Origin: Schizochytrium sp. TIO01
Taxonomy: Eukaryota; Protista; Bigyra: Labyrinthulomycetes
Assembly (NCBI GenBank): GCA_004764695.1
Contig: SMSO01000033.1
Span: 372,001 to 436,000, forward strand
Reading direction: 5' to 3'
DNA length: 64,000 nt
In this document: one piece after another, positions 49,251 through 58,401 of the stretch
Layout: every line of letters begins with the position of its first letter
Numbering within the stretch: the stretch's first letter is position 1
Notes under the pieces: model-generated
Told to the model about the DNA's origin: nothing
What the model saw: the letters and a program-made list of their open reading frames with translations, nothing else
The model's database searches: none
Made by a program: the position numbers and the translations under genes

Positions 49251-50861
49251 GCTCTTCCTAGGAGTTGTGTTCCCTCACAAAATTCAGGAAGGGCCCAAAC
49301 CTCGTTAAGGAGGCTCTTGAGCTCTAGAGTAAATTCAATTCATGGAGGATCCTCCGTCTGTAGCTGAAAGTCTTGAAGTCATTTATTTTCCTAGCAACTT
49401 CATCGACAGGCCTTCGCTTTACTTGCCTTCTTGCAAAGCCAGGTACCCTTATCTACTGCCTAGGTATCTACACCAACCTACTCCAAAGTCGCCTCCATAT
49501 CATCGATCTCAGCCAAAGCCATAAAAACGACGTTGGGTACGAAGTCCTTTGCGTCTACAAACACACCACTTTTGATAAACTCTATTATATTATTATTCCT
49601 TTATCTCTAGAGGCCTCCAGAATACATATAGAATAATGTAATGTTCTTTAATGCTCTTAACTTTCTAAAAAGTTTTTAATTAAATCAAATGGTACAAATG
49701 GAAGTGTTCATTCATCCACAGAAAAGGTGCGTACATAGGAACCGAAGCGATAAAAGGGCGATTCACTTTGCGCACAATTCGAAGGAAGGCAACTTCAACC
49801 TTGCGAGAAACTAGAAACCCAGTTCGAAAGCTACGTACACGCCACCAAGCTTCGCGGCCAGGTCCCGTCTCTCGCACTGCACGAGGCCTTGAAGCCCGAC
49901 ACCACGATGTGAGAACCTCTGCGAGCTGCCACATCGACACTCGTTTCCCAAGATAGTTTGATGATGTATGAATTCTCCTCAGGTCGGTAGTACCTTAGAT
50001 ATAAGGCAATGCAATTCATTCTGACGAGCGATTCTGGGCATCAAATGCAAGAAACTCGCGCAAGATCGATCAATGCACGATCATCGATACATGCAGTGCA
50101 GCCTTGGGCTAAGGCAATTGAGCTCGACAGCGCGAATCAAAGCGACTGAGTGATGGAATTCGTGGTTGATTCATGGCGAGTTTGCTCTTTCAAGTAAAAC
50201 ACCCCAAAAAACTCGCACCAAATTCCTTTCTGTTACCAACACTCAATCACAAAGTTATCTCAACAAAAAAGAAAAGAAAAAAAGAAAGACCAGTTGAAAC
50301 GAAAGAAAGAACTTCACCTAATAGCCGCTGCAAAGCCCTCTCGCCAACCTTAGCTATGGTGTCTCCATCTTATCCGTCGCCGCCTTTGCTCGATTCCCCA
50401 CTCCATTCCCATTCCCCGCAATACGCGCTCAACGCACTTTGCTCTATTTACTTACATCTTGAAGTAAATCAGAAAAGCAAAAACAACACTACGTATTATA
50501 GTCAATTTTCATAAAATGTTGATTAATTTAAAACTTTAATTTAATTTAGAATTTTAATTTAATTTAATTTTAAAAAAAGTTCGTCACCGCCAAAGCTGCG
50601 TGCCCTAGAGTATCAGCTAGATGGAGAGGGATCTAAGCCGCCAATCTGTTCGCCTTCGCCGCCGTCATCGCACCGCCTTCAGAAGAGACAGCGAGTGCTG
50701 TGACGGGGAGATATCACTTGGTCCTGTGTCAGGTATAACTCATGTAATATTAGTTCAATGAGTTTGGGGAGGGGGCGTGCGTGTAAAGGGAATGGGTGAG
50801 GAGCCGCGCAACTTCAGAGGGCGGAGGAAAAGAAAAGAAAAGGAAATGAAAAGCGCAATGC

Positions 50862-50952
50862 AATGAATGAATGAATGAATGAATGAATGAATGAATGAAT
50901 GAATGAATGAATGAATGAATGAATGAATGAATGAATGAATGAATGAATGAAT
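50862..50952. repeat. (GAAT)n microsatellite, about 22 units
   Basis: Tandem repeat seen directly. Confidence 0.95.
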
Positions 50953-52090
50953 AATTTGCTATTTTGACAAAGACACAAAGAACTTGAATTGAAGATTACA
51001 TGCACCTCCCGCAATATAGTACGTGGCAGGAAAGTGGTGTGCTTGCTTATTTGCTTGCTTGCTTATTTGATTTGTTGAGGCAGGTACTTTGAGAGCTTGG
51101 AGGGAAGCAATCGATTGAGATTTGCGCTGCACTTTATTTGAATGGGAACGAGTCGGGTTTTGATATTCATCGATGGCATGAATAAGTCAATCTATTTAGT
51201 GCTCATTTCGTTGTAATAAGTAATGTAATAAGTAGACACGTTTTCTTTTCTTTTCTTTTTTTTGTTGTGGGCTAATTTCGGGAGAAGAAAAGTTGTAATG
51301 ATTTCTGTTCGATTTGGGAAAGAAAGAAAAGGAGAGAAAAGAAAAGCCTGATTCTGAATGCAATGATGAGTGGGTTTTATGGCGCTCTCTGAGCGGCCAG
51401 ATCGAGGTTTTTGAGGTTGGGAATATTAGAAACTGCTCGCGGGGAGAAATGTAACTTGCGTTATTGGGTTTGGTTTCTACGTGCCAAAGCGACGCTTACG
51501 CAGTGAAGGGCGAAATTCAAGAATTCTGATGAAGAGGAGGGTAAAAAACTAAAACTCAACTCACGTTTGTTGGTTGGTAACTAGGGGTTGAGTAGGGGTT
51601 GCTAGGACTGGGTTCATTGTGTGTGGGTAAAACAGAAAGAAATTGCGACCTATGAGTATTTAGTGTTGTTAGTATTGGTGTAATTATTTTGTTTTGGTTT
51701 ATTTTGATTTGTTTTGATTTGATTTGTTTTGTTTATTTTTTTTCAAGTTAGTTTCGCGATGACGAATTGGCGTGGAGAAGAGCAAGCAAACTCGCATCCA
51801 TCTGGGCTCGCAGCAGGCGGGACTCTGTGCATCCAATACCCACAAGGCGCCCAGGGTTTATCCGCACCCTCGTTGGCCACCGCTGGTCACCTAAACGCTT
51901 CTTCGCCAACTCGTTCCCAACCGATTCGCTCGCTAGAGCTGATTCTGCCTGCCTCTTCGCGAAGCGGGCTTTGCCAGAGTACAAACGTGTCAACCTCACC
52001 TTTAACCAAAACCAATTCGACTTAGCCCACGTCTGAGCTAGGTCTACAGTCTTGGTGGAAGGCATACTGATAGTTTAGCGTCGACTTCGC

Positions 52091-52282
52091 CCATTTCTAG
52101 TGCTTCCGAGGGACTGGCCTAACTTGACCTGTGACGGCAGGTTGCAAACAACAACTTTTAAGAACTGCGGCGTGTGTCAGTTCGTCTCGAGGAGAACTCG
52201 GAGCGAACATTTTTCAGGCGCCACAGAGTAGAATCTTAGACCGCTAATTCCTTTGTTTGCTTTCTTAAACAGCCTTCTGTAG
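52091..52282 (+). promoter_or_regulatory. Structured cis-regulatory RNA candidate (SAM-I/S-box-like) overlapping the predicted branch point and 3' splice sites of the folC leader intron
   Basis: In order: UC-UAGUG-N5-GAGGGACUGGCCU (52108-52120), UGA, CGGCA (52135-52139), a long nested stem-loop, GCUAAUUCCU (52243-52252), then hairpin UGUUUG/UAAACA. P1 is poorly supported. Confidence 0.45.
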
Positions 52283-52290
52283 CAAGAACC

Positions 52291-53757
52291 ATGCGTCGCA
52301 CTCGTGCTCTTGCTGGCATTCGCCTTCGTGCTCAGGAGCACCAGCAGCAGACTCTTGCTCGTCGCTTCAACTCCACCCAGGCCGGTGCGCCTGCTCAGGC
52401 AATCCCTACTGAGGATTCTTGGCGTATGGACCGCCGCCCCACACCCAAGACCTACGGTGCCATCCTCGAGGAGATTTATACTGTCAATGACCGTATGCAT
52501 GTGAAGCAGGGTCTCGACAACATTGAGCGCCTCAACCAGGCCATTGGCGATCCCGCTGGCGCTCTTAACTGCGTGCACGTAACCGGAACCAACGGCAAGG
52601 GCTCTGTCTGCTGGAAGATCTCTGAGGCTTTCCGCTTCTCAGGCAAGAAAACTGGTCTTTTCGTATCTCCGCACGTCTCCAGTTTCCGGGAGCGTGTTCG
52701 CATCAATCAGCAGCTGATTACCGAGGAAGAGGTCGTGAAACACATGACTTACATTCTCGAGCGCGCTGCTGCCGAGAACATTCCTGCAACCTTCTTCGAG
52801 TTTGCCACTGCCCTTGGAATGCACTACTTTGCCTCGAACAACACCGATGTTGTCGTGCTCGAAGTCGGCCTTGGAGGTCGCCTTGACTCTACGAACATCA
52901 TTAAGTCGCCGCTTGCGACCATTGTCACTAACATTGGTCTTGAACACACCCGCATTCTCGGCAACACTGTTGAGGAAATCGCCCATGAGAAGGGATGCAT
53001 TGCCAAGACCGGATCTCCTATGCTCATTGGTCCCCATGTTCCGCTCGAGCCTCTCGAGAAGATCTGCGCAGAGCGTGGTGCACCTCTACATGTGTTGACC
53101 CCCCCGGCAACAACTAGTGGAGACTATGATGTCGAAAACGTCGCCATGGCACGCGCTGCCCTTGAACTCATGGGTCAGGACATCAAATCTGAGGCCGTCG
53201 TGGAGGCCCTCAAACAACGCCCTCCGTGCCGCTTTGAGATCATCCCACAACGTCAAGACTCCGTGTACGTACTGGATGCTGGTCACAATGCCCCAGCCTT
53301 GAAGGTGCTCTTTGCCTCTCTAGATGCTAGAATGCAGGAGCTTCGACAGGTAACTGGTGCTGGCCCCCAGGACCGTCTTCACATGCAGCTTGTTCTAGCC
53401 TTATCTGCAGATAAGGACCTTGAGGGCTGCGGCGAGGCAGTTGCAGCTGCTTCCGAACACTTTGATGAGATCATTTGCACGCAGGCATCTACCATTCGTG
53501 CGCAGAGCCCTGAAACTATTCGCTCCAACATTACGGATGCACTCAGTGATCTCTCTGTTAAGGGTGCCACAGTTTCTGTGGCAGGCTCGGTCGAGGATGC
53601 TCTTTCCATGGCTGACGCCAACTCCTCCCAGGCTCACCTTCCCTCCGTCACTGTCGTCTGCGGTAGTATCTTTATGATGACCGAGGTGCGTCGCCACCTG
53701 CAGATGGACTTCCCCCAGGACCCTCTTGCCCACCAGGCAACACCCGCCAAGAACTAA
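52291..53757 (+). CDS. folC: FolC-type dihydrofolate synthase / folylpolyglutamate synthase with probable mitochondrial presequence
   Basis: VHVTGTNGKGS, SPHVSSFRERVRIN, TFFE, LEVGLGGRLDSTN, GLEHTRILG..IAHEK, PCRFE, LDAGHN and CGSIF. Arg-rich N-terminus ending RRFNS. Confidence 0.96.
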   Translation: MRRTRALAGIRLRAQEHQQQTLARRFNSTQAGAPAQAIPTEDSWRMDRRPTPKTYGAILEEIYTVNDRMHVKQGLDNIERLNQAIGDPAGALNCVHVTGTNGKGSVCWKISEAFRFSGKKTGLFVSPHVSSFRERVRINQQLITEEEVVKHMTYILERAAAENIPATFFEFATALGMHYFASNNTDVVVLEVGLGGRLDSTNIIKSPLATIVTNIGLEHTRILGNTVEEIAHEKGCIAKTGSPMLIGPHVPLEPLEKICAERGAPLHVLTPPATTSGDYDVENVAMARAALELMGQDIKSEAVVEALKQRPPCRFEIIPQRQDSVYVLDAGHNAPALKVLFASLDARMQELRQVTGAGPQDRLHMQLVLALSADKDLEGCGEAVAAASEHFDEIICTQASTIRAQSPETIRSNITDALSDLSVKGATVSVAGSVEDALSMADANSSQAHLPSVTVVCGSIFMMTEVRRHLQMDFPQDPLAHQATPAKN

Positions 53758-53929
53758 CCAGTTCCGCTGTTGCCTGCAGTACTCCTTTGAATGTTACTGA
53801 CCTCCACGGGAAAAGGTCCGTGTAGGAAATATACCCTCATGTCTCATCGCACTTTGTTTGTCGTTTGTGTAATTACCCAAAGATATATACATACCTATCT
53901 TAAACCATCAATTATATCAAGTCATTTCA

Positions 53930-54500
53930 CTACCATGGTTCTGGAAAGTGTCCCGAGGGTTTTCACATCAAAAGATCCCATCACACCACAAGGTTTTATG
54001 CTACTCATTTGTTGGTTCTGATTTTTTTCCGGTATACCCAAAACCTCGGAGTCTGTGTCCTAACCTCCGATTGAGATGTATAATTTCCTAGTCTTTTGCA
54101 CCTCTTCGCTTCTTTTAGGTAGATAGTTTGCACTTAGTATGCGTAAATTCTTGAGGCTTGTGTTGTAGAAATGGTCAACCTTCACCTCGTATCGATAAAA
54201 CTCTTACTTGACCCTTGGCCGACAGTTCTTCTGGAGCATGAGCATCCTTCCAAGAACTGTAAATCTCACTTCCCTCTGGAAGTGTTCAATTTCAAAGCCC
54301 ACATTCACTCTATAATTATTTGCCGCCATCACAAACATTTACTCCTTGAATGTTGCAAAACCCTGCACATTGTCTATCTAGAACACGTTCCCCATCACTT
54401 CAGCAATCACAACGTGAATAATGCCAGTCTAAATCTTCAGCACTCGGTAGTCAGTATGCAGAACACTTGGAACTTCTCTGACATGCCAGATCAAAGAGGA
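53930..54500 (-). pseudogene. Decayed reading frame of unknown origin
   Basis: One minus frame reads protein-like for ~190 codons (..NVQGFATFKE*MFVMAANNYRVNVGFEIEHFQREVRF..NCRPRVK*EFYRYEVKVDHFYN..) with about five TAA/TAG interruptions. The plus-strand ORF 54171..54518 looks like its antisense shadow. Confidence 0.3.
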
Positions 54501-54565
54501 ATTGAAAAAGAAAGCTAAATCAAATCCGGATCTTGACGAAGAGCTTCAGTTACTTGAGCGCCGCG

Positions 54566-56107
54566 ATGCTTCACGCGCACGCCACGGAATCTCTTCTACG
54601 GCGTGGAGGTCGAGCATCTCCCTCACACGCATCGCAACCTACGCATACTGCCTCGCACGCCGCCCATGATGAAGATCCCGCACGCAGATCAACCTCAGCA
54701 GCGGCAACCTCATCTTTAAGCAGCCGAACTTCACGACAACCGCGAGGTAGCGTAGACTTTTCCATTAATAGCTCGCGAAGTGGGGCTGGGCAAGGTGTAC
54801 CTGGCGCCCTAGGGGAATCTTCGGGGCTTCTTGACGATCGTAGAAGGCGCGTAAAAACGGTATCAGGAACAAACGAAGGCTTTGACCACACTTCGTCTTC
54901 GCAGCACCAACATCGTCGATCTGCGCATTCCGCAGATCGAGAAAGCTCTGTTCATTCTCGCGATAAATCTGCGAGGAGAAATCGAACTCGCACTCGAGCA
55001 GAGGCTGAAGAACTATGGCTCCATCAAAAACTAGGAAGGATCATGCGGGAGGCGTCGCAAGCTAGAGGCACTCAGGTCCATGCAAATGTCGTTGGAGCAG
55101 TGATTCACGAGCAGGACAGGGTCCAGGATCGACACGTCGAATACGATGTTGAGTGCACGATGCAAATTTCGGGATTCTCTAGGAGGTATACGGAGTTCAA
55201 GGAACTCGATACGCTCCTGCGAAGAAGATTTCCCGGGCTTAAGCTGCCGACGCTTCCGGATATCTCACGTCGCTTCAAGCTTTTCACCCGCAGATCATTT
55301 GACCCGGAGTATGTGATGTCAAAGGGAAATCTTCTTAACGCATATCTCTCGGAATTAGCCGCCACACCCGCAATTCGGTGTTCACCCGAGTTCCTCGCGT
55401 TTGTCATGAACGCTACTGGAGGGCCCTTTTCGCAAAAGAATGCTGCTCCTCGCGCAGCGCCACGCACGGTCCTTTACAAGGTCCAAGGACATCGTTCGTC
55501 ATCATTGCCTCCGGAATCACATGTTATTGATGCTTTGAAGCCGAGTGCAAGCACCCCGGTCAGTATGCCTGCCGCAATTGCAAACGCAAATCCTCATCTT
55601 GTACGCTCAAATTCTCAACCCACGGAGCCAGGTCATCTGCCCGTTAACATACACCAGCGCCGGCAGCCATCTTTAGAGGCATACGCATTTGAAGAGGCCA
55701 TTAACAGCTCGGATGCTATGAGTAGTGACGAATCTGACTGGGAGGATGACCTCTTTGACTCAGCTAAAGATGAAGGCAACGGTGACGGCCCAGCTCTTAT
55801 TGAAACATCTTGGCGCGCTGCTTCTTCTCATCCCCTTATTTCACAAACTCGGGGACTGGCCTTGCAAGCCTCTCTTCCCGGCTGCAGCACCCTCGGTGAG
55901 GCTCTTGAAACTGCCACCTTGATTGTTCACCTTGAGCGCCTCAATGTGGATCTTTCTTTATATGAGTTTGAGCTGGATGAGCGAGGTCGTCTTTCCGGCC
56001 GTGCTTGGATCGATGGGCGACAGCTTGAGATCACCGGCCAATTCACTGATGCGTCGCCTCCCAGCAAGGAGTCTACTGGTACGCTTTCGATCGCACTCAA
56101 AACCTAA
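54566..56107 (+). CDS. PX (Phox homology) domain protein
   Basis: HVEYDV..RRYTEFKELDTLLRRRFPGLKLPTLP...LNAYLSEL..PAIRCSPEFLAF matches the PX consensus; disordered Ser/Arg-rich flanks. Confidence 0.88.
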   Translation: MLHAHATESLLRRGGRASPSHASQPTHTASHAAHDEDPARRSTSAAATSSLSSRTSRQPRGSVDFSINSSRSGAGQGVPGALGESSGLLDDRRRRVKTVSGTNEGFDHTSSSQHQHRRSAHSADRESSVHSRDKSARRNRTRTRAEAEELWLHQKLGRIMREASQARGTQVHANVVGAVIHEQDRVQDRHVEYDVECTMQISGFSRRYTEFKELDTLLRRRFPGLKLPTLPDISRRFKLFTRRSFDPEYVMSKGNLLNAYLSELAATPAIRCSPEFLAFVMNATGGPFSQKNAAPRAAPRTVLYKVQGHRSSSLPPESHVIDALKPSASTPVSMPAAIANANPHLVRSNSQPTEPGHLPVNIHQRRQPSLEAYAFEEAINSSDAMSSDESDWEDDLFDSAKDEGNGDGPALIETSWRAASSHPLISQTRGLALQASLPGCSTLGEALETATLIVHLERLNVDLSLYEFELDERGRLSGRAWIDGRQLEITGQFTDASPPSKESTGTLSIALKT

Positions 56108-56476
56108 GACGCAAGCGAATCCTCAATATCAACCTCCAATCTTTTTCTTTCAAAACAAATTAAAATGGTAGGAGCATCAGCACTGTAAGCATGACTCATT
56201 ATATCTTTGTCTTCTCCTTTTCAATTTCTTTAATACAACACGGAACATTGTATATATTCTTAGCTATCCCACACGGCAAGTTAGATAGCGCGAAAACACT
56301 GTTTTTGGTCATCTGACACTTTTCGAGGAGAATTTTTTAAATCTATAAGAACAAATACGAATTAGAAAAAAGGAAAAGTGTGCCTCTAAAACAATACTCT
56401 TTAAAGGTGCCAAATACTAGTGGTAGTGCAGAGCTTCTTATTCATGGTTCTTCACATTGTGCAGTATCTATCATAT

Positions 56477-57535
56477 TTAGTTAATTTTAGCGTTACTGAG
56501 ATCAAGTTCAGGGTGCATCTTCGCGAACTTCGCAAGCATCTCTTGTTTCTGTTGCTCCTCCGAAGTGGGAAGACCCATTTGCTTCTGGCGTTGATCATAC
56601 ATCATCTTCTCCACAGTCTTGCGAGTCTCGCTGTCAAGGTCAGACAGCTTTGAGTTCTCTGGCTCGACCTTCTTGGTGTTAATCTCTGGCTCGCCTTTGG
56701 TCACGTGGGTCCACCATCCCATGGCGTTAGTCTTTTCAAAGTACACAACAATAAGACGCTGTCCATTGTCTCCGTCCTCAAGAGTCCAGGTAGCATCCTC
56801 CGTCTTGATACTATCGCTGAGTTCGCCATCAATGATGGGCTCCTGGCCGCGAAGACCGACCTTGAGCGTGGTCTTCCCAATATTGCAGACCACATCGCGG
56901 CTCTTAATGTTCGCCGGTACAGGCACGCTCACATTCACCTCGCTCAGTGTCTGCGTCCAGCTGTATTTCTCAAGATCAGCTCCGTTGCCCTTGTTAGGCT
57001 TAATCTTGCCCTTAGCGTCCTCATCGTCATCCTCATCCATATCTACAGCCTCGTTAGAGCTGCTTCCATCCGCCTTGATCTCACCAACCTTCTTAAAAGT
57101 GGGAGCCTTGGAAGACTCTGCCGAAGAGGCCCCGTCGTTGTTCACATTCTCTCCATCATCGATCATTTCAATCTCAACTTCAGATTCGCGACCAGAGGCA
57201 GTTCGTGCTTTCTCAGACTTGGGCTTCATGGCTTCTGCGGCCTTCTGGGCCTCCGCTGCTTTTTGGGCCTCGCGCTGCTGCTTGCGGGCCTCGGCGCGGG
57301 CCTTTTGGGCCTGCAGTTCGGCCTTATCAGCCTGAGCTTTCTGAAGCTGGTTCTCGACCGCCTTGATCATAGCCGCTTTGATTTGATCCTCGGGAGCACC
57401 TGTAAAAAAGTCTGTCTTGCGTCGCAAGAAGCCAAGCATGACGTCCAGCAGAGGGTCAATGCCAGGCCCCCGCACACGACCTACCTGCTGCGCCAGGCCG
57501 AGGAGCATGCCGTCAAACTGATCATCCTGGCTCAT
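56477..57535 (-). CDS. NUDC: Nuclear distribution protein C (NudC), CS/p23-domain co-chaperone
   Basis: FDGMLLGLAQQ, FLRRKTDFF, PNKGNGADLEKYSWTQTLSEV and INTKKVEPENSKLSDLDSETRKTVEKMMYDQRQK..HPELD. Confidence 0.96.
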   Translation of the reverse strand: MSQDDQFDGMLLGLAQQVGRVRGPGIDPLLDVMLGFLRRKTDFFTGAPEDQIKAAMIKAVENQLQKAQADKAELQAQKARAEARKQQREAQKAAEAQKAAEAMKPKSEKARTASGRESEVEIEMIDDGENVNNDGASSAESSKAPTFKKVGEIKADGSSSNEAVDMDEDDDEDAKGKIKPNKGNGADLEKYSWTQTLSEVNVSVPVPANIKSRDVVCNIGKTTLKVGLRGQEPIIDGELSDSIKTEDATWTLEDGDNGQRLIVVYFEKTNAMGWWTHVTKGEPEINTKKVEPENSKLSDLDSETRKTVEKMMYDQRQKQMGLPTSEEQQKQEMLAKFAKMHPELDLSNAKIN

Positions 57536-58401
57536 TGTGAAGTTGCTATCTCGTACACACGATCCGCAATCAGACTTGTCTCCGAAGCGATCACCGTTTA
57601 GAATTTGGTTGTCGTTGTGGAGCAGGGATTTTCTTGAAAGTTGGCTGTTTTCTCGCCTTCGAGACCGCTGGGATTTTGTTATAATTATATAACAATATGT
57701 TAGGGTAGAACAACAAGGGACCATGCTCTTGAAGGCAGTTTAGAGAGATGCATCAGCCAAGGCGTCAATAGGTATATTGGAATATCTGGGGAGAGTTCTA
57801 GCGCTAGATGTTGTGGTCGCTACTTCATGATCTACTAGTTTTGGGCATAATCTACGTCGATTTTGTCACACATTTTTATTTTGGCATGCTGAGTGCGCCA
57901 TATAATAGAGAAATCTAGTCTCCGAAACCCAATTTTATAAGTTGAATTCTTAGAGGGATTCACATGTATATAACTTATCATGCTGTAAAAGGACAAAAAA
58001 GGGGGGGGGGGGGGGTCACACGGGTTTCGTAGTTATTGCGACTCTCATCACTTTAAATGTTTGCAGGACTTTGAATCTTATTGGGAAAACCTTTTGTTAT
58101 TGTATTGGAAAAACCTTTTGTTATTTGTTTTCTTCAGAGAATATGAAGAAATATAGTCCTATAGCTGAATTAGAAATAGACGAGAAATTCAGTTAAGTGG
58201 GGTGAGAACTTCGCCTTTCGAATGATTAGTTACCTTCGACAAATTTAAAACTAGAAGATACAAGGAGACGCTCTTGAAGTGATCGTCATTCGAAATATCT
58301 CCGCTCTATATTGCAGGGCATGTGCAGCATGTGAAGGGATCTACCTCAAAATAAGAGAATTGAAAATAATGTACAGTTTAGCTAGAATTCAGTAAAAGTG
58401 T

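Noticed and set aside
48507-49367. 286-aa ORF with (HTYI)n and the opposite-strand (MYVC)n ORFs
   Set aside because: Artefacts of the stop-free (CATA)n microsatellite.
52222-52232. CAGAGUAG resembling the 5' end of a THF riboswitch upstream of folC
   Set aside because: The other THF-I hallmarks (GCGUUAAGUG, GGGAUG, AACG) do not follow.
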